From NCBI GenBank assembly GCA_002633005.1, contig NMRA01000102.1, forward strand, positions 788,345 to 852,344: a DNA stretch of 64,000 nt, read 5' to 3'. Shown one piece after another: positions 1 to 12,664 of the stretch. This DNA comes from Phoronis australis. Its lineage: Eukaryota > Animalia > Phoronida. Position 1 is the stretch's first letter, and every line of letters starts with the position of its first letter. Made by a program: the position numbers and the translations under genes. The notes beneath the pieces are model-generated. The model worked only from the letters and a program-made list of their open reading frames with translations, was not told the DNA's origin and made no database searches.

Positions 1-1700
1 TAGGCAAAATAATGGACCTGACATTGAATCACCCTGTCTTACACTCCTTTCTTAACGAAAGTAATCTGTTGTAAAACCATTATTGACAACACAAGCAGTT
101 GGCTTATTATAGAATATTTCTACCCGTCGTGTAAAACCCTATCCAAAATTAAAAGCCTCCAAAATAAAGTCCCATTTCATTGTATCATACGCCTTGCAAA
201 AGTCCAAAAATGAAATGTGTTCTTGGACATGAGTAATGTTTGTGTAAGAAATTTTATCCTGAATGATACGAATATCATATGCTATTTATCGTCCTTTAAC
301 AGCTGTTTGACCTGGGTGAACCAGTTTTCCCATGATACTTTTTATAAGGGCTATAAGAACATTGAAAGTATTTTATAATCAGTATTCAATAGAGATATTG
401 GACGCCAATTATCCAAGGACTGGAGCTCCGACATCATCTTTTGATTTGGGTAGGAGCGTTATTGCTCCTTGCCTCTGTGACGTACATAATTCCCCCATTG
501 AAAAACTATATTCAAAAGCTTCAAATAAAGAGGTTTTAACTTCATGCCAGAAACATTTATAAAATTCGTAAGTTAGCTCGTCACTTCCTGGAGACTTAAT
601 ATTTTTAAAAGTTTTTAAATCCTCATGAAATTCACCCTGTATTAAAGGTTCATCCAGTTCTTCAAAATTGCTGGGTGGTACATCACTGGCGATATTAAAT
701 AGATCTGGTATAGTGGGTGGAGTTTCCACTTGACGATCTGTGAAAACAGAGGAGTAATAATGAGTCTATTCTGACCTGATACGTTGCAAATTGGACTTGG
801 TTCTTTCCAAATTTTGTACAATTTCATCATCAATTTTTCCATCATTTAGTTCTTTTGTTAAGTTGTTGATAATTTCAATCAAATTCTCTTCCTCAGCATG
901 TTTTAGTTACTTTTTCCTTTTGGAGTATTTCATAGTATGTTTCCTTATTTTCATTTTAACCATTTCCCATTTTGTATATTTATTGCTTAGATAATGATAC
1001 TCTTCAATACAGGTATTTATAATTATTTATATGTAAATTACATATTCTTCATCTTCGAAGAGACTATTATTAATTTTCTATAACCCATGCCCTCTCGGTA
1101 CTGTGTCTGCAAAAGAACAACGAAATTTGCCTACCGAGTGATACGAAAAAATATAATCACTTTGAATGGAATAATTCAAATCATCTTTGAAGTTATTTGA
1201 AAAGCAACTAGTATTCAATTCAGCTTTGTAATCTGTAGGAACTATTATGCCATGTATTCTGTTATTTGCCTGGATTCTAAAATCTCCAAACGTCGAAAAG
1301 ATGGAAAGACTCTGCAAAACCTTTAAGCTTGTCAATGACCGCTTGTTTATCTGTAATATCTCTTATTCCTTGTTGATCAATTTTTCCTAATGGGCAATCA
1401 AAATTGCCAGTATAAAAATAAATATTATCGTTTTTTTACATACATGTATCTTTGGAAAGTATTATTTAACTTGTCCAAAAACATTAATCGAGATCTATTT
1501 TCATTTGGAAAATAAACGTCTATGAAAATATAATTGTGACCATCCACATCAACATTTTGATTTAAATATTTTGTGTGAACTAAAAATAATGTTGGCAAAA
1601 ACAAGAGTATCATTAATGGCAAAAAAACCATATTCAAGTAAGTTATTTGTAAATACAAAAGAGCCTGAATACCAATACCACACAACGTTGCACGGCATAT
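1..1700 (-). mobile_element. Degenerate L1/Tx1-clade non-LTR retrotransposon ORF2 (APE endonuclease plus reverse transcriptase), with frameshifts and stops, running off the left edge
   Basis: Minus-strand translations give, in order: endonuclease-like YIFIDVYFPN and GNFDCPL; linker-like WEMVKMKIRKHTMKYSK; RT motifs KSPGSDELTYEFYKCFW, QRQGAITLLPK, FLDFCKAYD and VRQGDSMSGPLF. This matches L1/Tx1 ORF2 order. Confidence 0.88.
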
Positions 1701-4127
1701 AATATATTAACGATGTCTCTACACACGTTGAGAATTGTGCTATCAATGTTATCATTGTGATATCATTTGAGCACAGTATATGAAAAGGCAGATATCATTA
1801 TGATGTGTTTTCAATATTTTTACCGTCAAATTTAACATTTTCCCAAGTTTTACATGTCTCGATACCTTGGAAATCTAGTGAAAGTATATTTAGGCAAAAT
1901 ACTGATTAGCAATAACGCATTTTAACCTCAAATCTAGGAATCTGGAGTGCAAGGATATTTAGATTCTTATCTGGTACCAGGGCAGTCGGAAACATCACTA
2001 AGAAAACTACCCAAATCGCAATTCTTTGGTAAATTTTTGTATCTCGCTTTTTGCCGGTGGACGTAGCAAGACAAAATGGCATTGTTTTGTTGAATTTCTT
2101 TATTTTTGTGAGTGTAAGCCCCATCGAGTATGCTTTCTGTAAGCAATGCTTCTGATGTGTTGTGAGATCGGGTGTTAAAAAGGTTGTTGACCCAGGCCAC
2201 TGATAATGTCAAGATTAACCACTCGAACTGCGCATTTAGTCTTGAAGTAATATTTTTTGGCTGGACACGATATCCAGAGATAACAGAGCCAAGCTACGGA
2301 AAGGTAAGTTAACTTAATTCTCTGCGCAAAACCCTAACACTTGTGTTCCTGAGTTGACCCATTGCTGTCTACTGGCCGTCAGGCATTAGGAGTTATCGTG
2401 AGCGTACATTTGTTGTCTATGGTGATTATAGTGGGAGTAAACGTAGAGATGTTGAATAATTATTTTCAATGAATTTACAACCAAATCGCAAGCGATGTGC
2501 CGACGTCATTTCAACGTTTGTAACACGTGGTAACGTGCACTGCAGCTCGACTAGCAAATCAAAACATGATCTACTGTAAATTATCAGTGAAATGAGAACA
2601 CCTCGAAATTCGTATCCATATTATAAAATAGTGGTTTCTTTTAATGTTTTATTGTGCACAGTTTTTGGCTGTGTTCGTGAATGTAAATGTTAAAATTGCT
2701 CCCTCGTAATGACAGGCATGGAACACATAGTTAGACACAAGAGGATCAGTTCATACCCGTTGACTCCTATAAAGGTGTGCAATATAATGCCAAACCAATC
2801 AATGACTAAGGCTTTCATTCTTGTTTCCATAGTCTCAACACCTTTTTTGTCAGAACTTTTAACTATCCCGAGGACACTACGTTTGCACTGAAAAACAAGT
2901 TACTCGTAAGGACTATTAAATAAACATTCAGGCTGCCAATTGGTGAGACATTTTCCAAAGGTGTTTTTATCGCACTCAAACGTTCAACAACGATGCCTAA
3001 GGCGTATTTTGCATAGAAGGTGAATTTGAGTCTTCCAGTTGTTTATCTTTGCTCGGCTAGATGTGTGCAAATTTGTCCTCACACCAAACTGCAATTAGAC
3101 GTCAGTCATTTTTGGTTACAGCTGTTAGCCATCGAATTTAAACCGTCCATCCTTTTTGTATGGCTGCACAGAAACAAAAATGTCACGGTCGGACAATGAA
3201 TGTCTTTTTGCAGTCACAAGTATAAAGAACAGTAAAGCTGGCTACGCAATCTTGTTAATGACCTCGGTTAGTAGTTTGTATTACCGTGCAATCTATCTCA
3301 CTTTATATATACACCGATTTAGCTGTTAATGTTGAAATGATAATCGAAGCGCTTTAGGTTTACGTACATTACCACACTTATCCGATCTCGAATAAGGCCG
3401 TCCCGGATTACACGGTGATAAACTCTCCTTAAATGTCCAAGAGATAAGAAAGCGTGTGATGTTGTTTTGGAAATCAGTTACATTTCCGTGTTTCTTATTC
3501 ATGTCGAGAAGGCCAAGAATTTTTGATGTCGCATCCACAGGTACATGTATTGTCCAGTTTATCAAATTTTCTCCCGTCGGAGTTGCAGCCCACCCCACGT
3601 ATAGCAGTAATACTTCGTTGACATTGGAAGAACGAATAGGGTAATGTGACCGAGAAGAACAACAACAAATAGCATTTAAAACTCTAGTGACACAAAAACA
3701 AGACGACAAATGTGTCTGGCGGAAGTTTTTGGTATTGTGGGTAAATGCAGCGAGCGCTAGTGGAATCCGGAACGATTTTCGCCGAATGAGACAGCAACTC
3801 AAGTCGCAGACAATGTGCTTATGTATCGTTTATAAATTCGCTAATTAAGGATTAACCATGCAAGTTCAAGTAGTTGTGAATAAGCCGTTACTGAGTCGCT
3901 AATTGTTTCGCTTTAGTAGCGGAAATCGACTCTTACCACCGTATGGCGCAAGGAACAATACAAAACCAAATTTTTGGTTTTTGGGCTCACTGGAGTTGAT
4001 TCAGGTTTTCAGAGAAAGCGCTGCATGACGTCAGAACGATTGTTTTAGCACGGCGTTGAGACACCCCGTCTATTTTATTATGAAAATTGCACACCTGAAC
4101 GCTGTATTAGAGCTTATACGTGTGTAC

Positions 4128-6113
4128 CTCTTTTCTTATGTAGTACTTTATCCGTGCATACAGCACGCCGCTGATGACGATGGCCGTTATCTGCCACGCG
4201 GGACCCGTTAGAAACTGCCACCCAAGCTGATCTTGTGACGTCATGTTTCCCTTGATCCAACACCAGCTGACTGTGTTAACTTTAAAGTCGTACCCCAAAA
4301 CGTCCATACCAAGGGCCACGCTGGCAATAGTTACTGAAATTAATAATTAGTCGGAACTTAAGACGCTCTTTTCAACTTGAGATCCAATTAAACATTTTAC
4401 TAACTTAGCATTAAAATACATTTCTTCTCAGTGTATGCTAGGCTAAATAAGTCTTATAATAACCTGTTTTAAATCTCTGAAAAAGACAGCCATGGTGAGC
4501 TGCCTCAATTCCCAAAAGCACTGCATCAGACACATTGAAACACGCCTGTGGTTAGTAAAATTTACATAAATCATATAAGAACTATTATTTATTAACTTCC
4601 CACAGCCCAAACACTAAAAAACATGAAATGGTTGCCATTTTTGTTTTTTAATACAGGGTCTCAAGTGTTCTTCGTTATGGTGTACTGTACACTTGGTTTC
4701 TATCAGAAAAAGGAACAGAGTGGCTATCTGCTACATCAGTAGGAAAGATCTAATTTTGAAGGGATGACAAACTTGTCAAGCCGGATTCCTACATGACCGA
4801 TTATTTGTTAGTGACTTAAACGTAGCAACGTACTTGATGGTTAGTTTCATTATTAGAACCATTCCCAATATTAATAGCTAAGGCTTTCAGGCAGTGCTGT
4901 GTAACTTTAGTGGTTATAAATTGAATTTTGGGGAGACAGGCGAAAGTGCTCCTTTTGACGTAAACATATTCAGGTTATTTCGTAATCCCTAAACCCTCAC
5001 TAAATAAACAAAGGCAAGATTGGTATGTTCAGGTCAAAATCTAGAATCCATTTAAAAACTGGTATCTTTTAAGGTTATATAGGGCCTCGTTATCGACAAG
5101 TCTGTACATTTAGACAAATATCAACAAAATTAGGTTTTGACTCCGCAATGGCGTTCTTTGACATCAGAAATTCCGTAGATCCCCATGATGTAAATGTTTT
5201 CAAAAACGCTGTTATAGTTTTCCACACCAGTATCTTTTCGCTTGAGGCAACTACAGTATATTGTTGATAAAAATCAAATGACTCCTGTTTTTAATAGCCC
5301 CTCATTCAAAAACGGAAAACTTTAAACGTTTTCAGGAACAAGCCATAAAGCATTGTGATAGTATTTGACAGTTTCACGTGAATCCGGTCTGTCATCCCAT
5401 AGATAAGATGTTCCGAAGTTGGTCAAAATAGAACATTTGTGGAGGGTCCTACATAACCCTTGTCAACTATCATAACCTCATAATTTTAGTTTTCGTAAGG
5501 GTCCATCGTTTTCGTCATCTCATGAAAGCGTAATCCCTAGTTTCTAGCCTTCTATCTATACATTTTGGACAGAGATGGTGCAGCACTCACTTGGAACAGT
5601 CCAACAGCATAGGTGGTAGACAATGATTAATTTTTCTGCTAGACAGTGGTCCCCCTTCACAATGCACAGATACAAATAAACAGCGATGCATGCAGTCCAC
5701 CAAAATGAACTCATACTTGAAACCAACGTCAAGTAAGTTGGGAAAATGCACAAAGCAGACGACTTTCCTTCGCTTTTGTCAAGGAATCGCGCCGACTCCA
5801 GATATCCGATAACTCCAATACAATTTCCCAGGGCTGTCACGAAATCTGAAATACTCAGATAAACGAGTAAACGTCTGCTGGTAGTTTGAATATCTTTGTA
5901 CACGATAAAAGTGAAAGTAATCAAAAGAGAACCGAACATGGAAAGCATGCCTGCTATAATCGTTAACGATACATAGCATTTGTCGGATGTCGTCAGCACA
6001 ACCGCCGGATATATGGTAGCTTGGGACAAAAACGGATAAATTGACGTGACTTTGGCTTCTGTGGAGGTGTTCAATGTTGTCGGTGTCGTCTTCCATCCAT
6101 GTGTATCCAACAT
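4128..6113 (-). CDS. GPR157: GPR157-like / slime-mould cAMP receptor-like GPCR, partial (TM1-TM5). Exons 6113-5591 and 4333-4128
   Basis: ATG at 6113; donor GTGAGT at 5590 (phase 1); acceptor TTTCAG before 4333; donor GTACAC at 4127. The spliced frame is open. Motifs RRLLVYLSISDF, SSFWWTACIAVYLYL, YHLCCWTVP, WCWI and WQFLTG are typical of the GPR157/CrlA family. Orthology is not tested and the TM6-7 exons were not found. Confidence 0.8.
5071..5461. mobile_element. Non-autonomous DNA transposon (MITE) in the GPCR intron
   Basis: Imperfect terminal inverted repeats of about 20 bp: AAGGTTATATAGGGCCTC at 5071 and GAGGGTCCTACATAACCCTT ending 5461. Non-coding interior. Confidence 0.5.
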
Positions 6114-6966
6114 TTTAACTGCTGCAATTTTACAGACAGAATTGCTTGTTCACGGGATTAATCATGACAAACGAATGTCAAATTTCGTTTACAGAGGTCA
6201 AAATAATCTGCACGAGCATTATTGTTTATAGAACGATGACACTTGTTATCGAATTGGTACCCAGGCTTGTTGTTAATGCCGATAACACACTGATGACTGA
6301 TAACGCGTTATTAATCCTTCTTTCAGCAATTGCTGACAATGCCAACATGTGAATCAAGCTTTAACCTACATGTACACTGTAGTTCGAGTTCCATGCGGAA
6401 GTCAACACTGCCATCAGGTATACGAAAGTTCGTGCAGTGGCTCAATGTGCAGCTTGCGTGGAAACCTCAAAGTGCTACGGCTCGCGAACAGTTTTTGACC
6501 GCTACGTAGGGAAATGTCCGATCATCAACGTATCCCTGATTGACAGAATATCCATATATCAATGATTAAATTAAAACGTACTTCACGAGCAGAACTGTCA
6601 CACACACCGTGGCGTTATTCCATATGTCTGTTGTGACGAACACATATGAAAAATTAATCAATAATAACCAAAAACCGACTGTCGATGTACCTTTTTCCCC
6701 ATTCAAAGTTAAACGAAAAATTTAACGCAAATACATGGAATATTGTAACACACCTCATAGAGAAATGCCATTACTAGAACCCTTCATTCCGCCCTGGGAC
6801 GTAAGTCTATTCTGCCGGAGTGCCTTCCTCTCGGGGTCACATGATGTCACTGACGCAAAGCTAGTCTTTATTCACAAAAAGGTTTAAAATTTTGCACATA
6901 TTAGTCTGAATTTGTTTCAAGGAATAAACACACATCAAGTGTCACAAGTTTGGATGGCACTGATAC

Positions 6967-7095
6967 GGCGTAAAATGTAACAATTTCGTAAAATTAACAA
7001 CTGTTGACTTTTATGACATTGTTACATTTTACGTCGAATGCACATTTGAAAAATGTACCATTGTTACATTTTACGAATTCGACGTCATATTTTAT
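6967..7095. repeat. Short foldback repeat built from CGTAAAATGTAACAA / TTGTTACATTTTACG units
   Basis: Two forward copies (about 6969 and 6987) and two reverse-complement copies (about 7019 and 7061) of the same 15-mer. Confidence 0.5.
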
Positions 7096-9492
7096 GGGTT
7101 TGCATGGTATTTGTCACACGAAGGAAAGCGGTTGACGCACTTAACGGATTTTTCTCGAATTGCTTGAATGAAATTTTGTCACATGTGCCAGCTCGAATTT
7201 ATAGATACGTGTATATCCCTGTGTGCTTTTCATTGATTTTTTTTGTTTCATTTTTTTTGTTTTGTTTCATTTTTTTGTTGTTTTGTTTCATTTTTTAACA
7301 TGAATAGTTTCTTAGTATGGTTAAAAAAATACCCCATGCAGTTTAAACTCCAGACGAAAGAAGTTTCCAGGATCAGGTAAGAAATTTGTTTTTGTTAAAG
7401 CGTTCTTGCAATCTTTTTTTGGCGCTCACAGATCATAAACTAATCCAGCAAGGCCACTGGTAAGCACAGCAGAAAACATGACATCGCATATTTTCACGAA
7501 TAATTCAAATTCAGAAGCCAATTTGATAGGAAATTTAACCGTTTTAGTCTTCTTATTTATATCACAAACAATACCGTGCTTGCCGAAAAAACAAAAATAA
7601 GCCAATTTTGAAGTTGACGCAAATCTAAACAAGATTTTCAATATCAACAAACTCTACATCCACAGCGGTCAAGACGTTTCTCACAATATCGCTGAGGTTC
7701 AACCTAGGAACCTTTTTAAATTCTTTTGAAACGTTACTCGCTGTCCATTACATGCGCGCACCCAGCCTTTAGTATGGGTGCTCGAATTTCTGGTGATGTG
7801 GACCTTTTGCTGACAAAAAAGAGGGAGGACTAAAAAAAACGGAGTACCACCTTCACTATCCGCCTGCGCCTTTTCAGTGGAGATATGACTCGTTTTTTTC
7901 GAACTTTTTGTTTCTCTGAGGCTGACCTTTTTGCCCACTTCGTTCGCACCCACACAAGAGGCCTCCCACACAATCAGTGCAAACGAACCCAAAGAGAGGT
8001 CTCCCATACAATCAGAGTGTTGATAGCGAGGTCATGATGAGGTCAGCTTCTTGCAGCCATGTTGGTACGTAACTTTCGTTAACAGTCCGGCTCAAAGCAT
8101 CATGGCTTGCAAACCGCAATCATGAGAGCGAATGTTGGGGTTGGCCACTTTCTACGTCGGTACTTGTATCATACGTAACATAACGTTAACAAAATCACCC
8201 CTTGGCTCTCATTAGTCACATATGGAATTATTGTAAAAGTAGCGTTTTTAGTAAAATATATAACCATTACAAATGCGAAAGTTATCATAAATGTGCCTTG
8301 TTATTTTCTCATTTCTTTAATCTCGATAAGCAACATATTTCAAGAATTCTGCATTTACCGGCAGAGGAAGAACAAACTGAATGAATAAATTGACCCACTT
8401 GAATTTCAAGGTCACGCTGAACCAGTCATTATAAAAATATTATTTGTGGGTGGATTTTTTTAGAACTGATGTTTCTTAAGCTTGTTATCGGCAATATTTG
8501 TAATGCTAAGTGGTTGCTGTGTTGTTTAATGGCAACTCTCGCAGGCATACTCCATCTCATCAATATTCCAGATTGTGAGCTATGGCTTGTTGGGCCGGAC
8601 TGTTTACGGAGGCCACACACCACCATTCCTGCATAGGCCCCAGTCACCTTTCTGTAAGCTCCGGTTGCGTGGTAGCCTCAGTCTCATGGGAGTTTTTTAA
8701 CTCGACGATGGGATAATCTAGACAGCGTACAAGTAAGCGTTGCCGGTAAACAACACAGCCGACACCATTGGAAAGATGGTGGCGAATTTTTTATTACAGT
8801 AGCATAAAGATCAGTTAAAACTACCTTTAAATGAAAAGTCACCTACAATGAGTATTTTCTGGTAGCGACGAGTTATTGCACTGGTCACATAGTCAATCCT
8901 GTTTTGGTATTCTTGCGCAGATCGAGTGGCCGCGGAAGGCATTGTATCTGTTGTTTATCTAATCGACTACACTGAAGAAATATAAAATAACAAAGAACAA
9001 TTTCACTCTTTACACATATAGAAATGGATGGATAACAATAAAGGGAGATAGGTCAGCCCCTCTGTTAGGCCGCTCTCCACGGTAATGATTCTCGCTTCGC
9101 CGATATAGGCTAAGACTGGCTGACCAGCTTCATACTATACGGACAGCTGTGGTACGAATTCCATACCTGCGGATCTAAACTTCGCGCACATTCCAAAAAC
9201 TCTCAGTCCACACCCTGTCGTGACCAAACGCAACACTCGGGGATTAAACTCCAGACTCCGCGCGGGGAGAGAAATTGTGGGACCCGGGGTACGGATCGAG
9301 TTTGGTCATCCTGTATATCATGTTTTTGGGGTGACAGGAATGAAATTTGTTTCGCCGAACGTGAGTTTTGAGAATAGTAGTCGTGATAATTTAGAGGCGC
9401 GGCCGTATCATGGAATCGTTTTCAGCGTAGCCCGGCCTGATCTCGGCGATTTACTTCTCTTTACTTGATTTCATGATAGCGTAATCTTGTGT

Positions 9493-12400
9493 GAAAACAT
9501 GAACTCATCTCTCAGCCGGATACTTGTTATTCATCGTTCAATGTTCGGTGTGGTGGAGACCAGACCAAGCTCTCAATAAGCTTTTGTTGTGCTTTGGTGA
9601 AAGGTTATAAGTGTCTGGTGTGTGTGTGTGTGTGCGTGCGTGTGTCTGTGTGTGCTTAAACGATCAGTTCTTAGGGGAGTCATGAGGTACGGAATATAAT
9701 AACCGACACGTTTGACAGAAGTGTCTTACGAAAAATCGAGAATTCTCTTAACCGAACGGAGAAAGAAGAACGTTATTGAGAATTTGAAAATGTCATACCC
9801 AGAAATCAAATTGATAGATTTGCTACGATTACACGTTGCTTTGGTATATAACCTCAAATTTTCAAACGACTCATCTAAAAATATGTGAACAGAATCGTTT
9901 TGGAGAATCCGTGAGCGCACATGTCCCGTTTTAATGCTATTGGCCAGATCGACAGACGTCTGAGACTAAAGCTGGGCCACAAATTTGATAGGTAAGTATA
10001 GGTCGTTCTTCATCGAAAATCTAATTTAACCTCAAAAAATATTTTGCTTTAAGTAACTTCCCTCTCGTCGTACTAAACTACTTTCAATATATCCTCGTTG
10101 CAGTTGTTTAGACGAATGATGAAGACTGATCTCGGAATGAACTGAAGCGTAAAATAATAGGTGTTGTTCTCTTCGAAGTACTTTTTAGTGCATATGTACT
10201 ATATTTTACCACAACGTATAGATATATGTGCATTGCTCAACCATGGCCGGAGGATAATGGGATGGAGGGATCTGTGCTCTCCAATCATTTGCAAATGTCA
10301 TTGTGAAACCGTGGCGAATGGCACAAGCTAAGGGCCGTCGGCGGTCGATGGTAGCCGCGAAAAGAGAGAAAGTCAATAGGATATTTGCCAACTACCAATA
10401 GTAGGTGTATACTTTGTGGTCCTGGTTAGGTTATTTTTGCTCGATGGAATCTAATAAGTTCACACTTCATCTAGAATAAGCTGGAGCTATACAAAGCTGA
10501 ATTTTGCGTTTCATTGGAAACAAATGTCCATTTGGCGGTACATGTATGCGTGGCCTTGTTTAGCCGGTAAATAGCGTTACACTTGACCATTTGCTTACTA
10601 CATTGCTTCGCTATACGAAATTCCCGTCTGCATTATCTCATGAATGCGTAACCTGTTGCATTAGTGCACGCGCTCAGTTGCGGACGCAGCTGCGGCGGTG
10701 TTTGATAACCATCTGCGAAAATATTGTTTGCATCGTTCTGTTCTAATGGCCCCCTGCTTTTCAAAAATGTTGTGCTCTTATTTTTATAAAACGAAATTAA
10801 GCTGAATCTTTTTCCTGAATTCCGTTAGTTGAAGTCCAAACATGAGTTGAACGATATCAACTTTTGAACGATCAGAGAGCTTCTCCGGGGGATCCCGTCG
10901 TGCCTGTCACTGACTGAATAATACCCGTGTCGTCTCTCAACATAGTTACACTTTGTATAGTCAATTACATCACCCTGAATGCCCCAGGCGTACAGGGGCG
11001 ATAGTAGATCCCATAAGAAGTTACTCCTCTCACAAAACAATCGAATGAAACATGCATGGAGTGGCAATTTNGAAAACATGAACTCATAAACGCCAAAAGT
11101 GCCTTGTTGTCTCTCAGCCCGATACTTGTTATTCATCGTTCATTGTTCGGTGTGGTGGACACAGACCAAGCTCTCAATAAGCTTTTGTTGTGCTTTGGTG
11201 AAAGGCTATAAGTGTCTGTGTGTGTATGTGTGTGTGTGCGTGCGTGTGTCTGTGTGTGTGCTTAAACGATCAGTTCTTAGGGGAGTCATGAGGTACGGAA
11301 TATAATAACCGACACGTTTGACAGAAGTGTATTACAAAAAATCGAGGATTCTCTTAACCGAACGGAGAAAGAAGAACGTTATTGAGAATTTGAAAATGTC
11401 ATACCCAGAAATCAAATTGATAGATTTGCTACGATTACACGTTGCGTTGGTATATAACCTCAAATTTTCAAACGACTCATCTAAAAATATGTGAACAGAA
11501 TCGTTTTGGAGATTCCATGAGCGCACATGTCCCGTTTTAATGCTATTGGCCAGATCGAAAGACGTCTGAGACTAAAGCTGGGACACAAATTTGATAGGTA
11601 AGTATAGGTCGTTCTTCATCGAAAATCTAATTTAACTTCAAAAAATATTTTGCTTTAAGTAACTTCTCTCTCGTCGTACTAAACTACTTTCAATATATCC
11701 TCGTTGCATAGACAAATGATGAAGACTGATCTCGTAATGAACTGAAGCATAAAATAATATGAGTTGTTCTCTTCGAAATACTTTTTAGTACATCTGTACT
11801 ATATTTTACCACAATATGTGCATTGCTCAACCATGGCCCGGCGGAGGATAATGGGATGGAGGGATCTGTGCTCTCCAATCATTTGCAAATGTCACTGTGA
11901 AACCGTGGCGACTGGCACAAGCTAAGGGCCGTCGGCGGTCGATGGTAGCCACGAAAAGAGAGAAAGTCAATAGGATATTTGCCAACTACCAATAGTGGGT
12001 GTATTGTTTGTGGTCCTGGTCAGGTTATTTTTGCTCGATGGAATCCAATAAGTTAACACTTCATCTAGAATAAGCTGGAGCTTTACAAAGCTGAATTTTG
12101 CGTTTCATTGGAAACAAATGTCCATTTGGCGGTACATGTATGCGTGGCCTTGTTTAGTCGGTAAATAGCGTTACACTTGACCATTTGCTTACTACATTGC
12201 TTCGCTATACGAAATTCCCGTCTGCATTATCTCATGAATGCGTAACCTGTTGCATTAGTGCACGCGCTCAGTTGCGGACGCAGCTGCGGCGGTGTTTGAT
12301 AACCATCTGCGAAAATATTGTTTGCATCGTTCTGTTCTAATGGCCCCCTGCTTTTCAAAAATGTTGTGCTCTTATTTTTATAAAACGAAATTAAGCTGAA

Positions 12401-12664
12401 TCTTTTTCCTGAAGTCCGTTAGTTGAAGTCCAAACATGAGTTGAACGATATCAACTTTTGAGCGATCAGAGAGCTTCTCCGGGGGATCCCGTCGTGCCTG
12501 TCACTGATTGAATAATACCCGTGTCGTCTCTCAACATAGTTACACTTTGTATAGTCAATTACATCACCCTGAATGCCCCAGGCGTACAGGGGCGATAGTA
12601 GATCCCATAAGAAGTTACTCCTCTCACAAAACAATCGAATGAAACATGCATGGAGTGGCAATTT
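9493..12664. repeat. Near-identical tandem duplication of about 1.6 kb (9493-11070 and 11072-12664) separated by a single N
   Basis: Both copies start GAAAACATGAACTCAT and end CATGCATGGAGTGGCAATTT. The ORF track shows duplicated pseudo-ORFs (9726-9920 vs 11332-11526; 10825-11136 vs 12419-12661). N at 11071. Confidence 0.95.

Noticed and set aside
3326-3802. 158-aa minus ORF as a candidate GPCR exon 3
   Set aside because: No TM6/TM7 or GPR157 motifs and no convincing phase-0 acceptor.
8525-8650. Minus-strand WGLCRNGGVW...EMEYACESCH resembling a PHD finger end
   Set aside because: Several zinc ligands are missing and there are two in-frame stops; too weak without a search.
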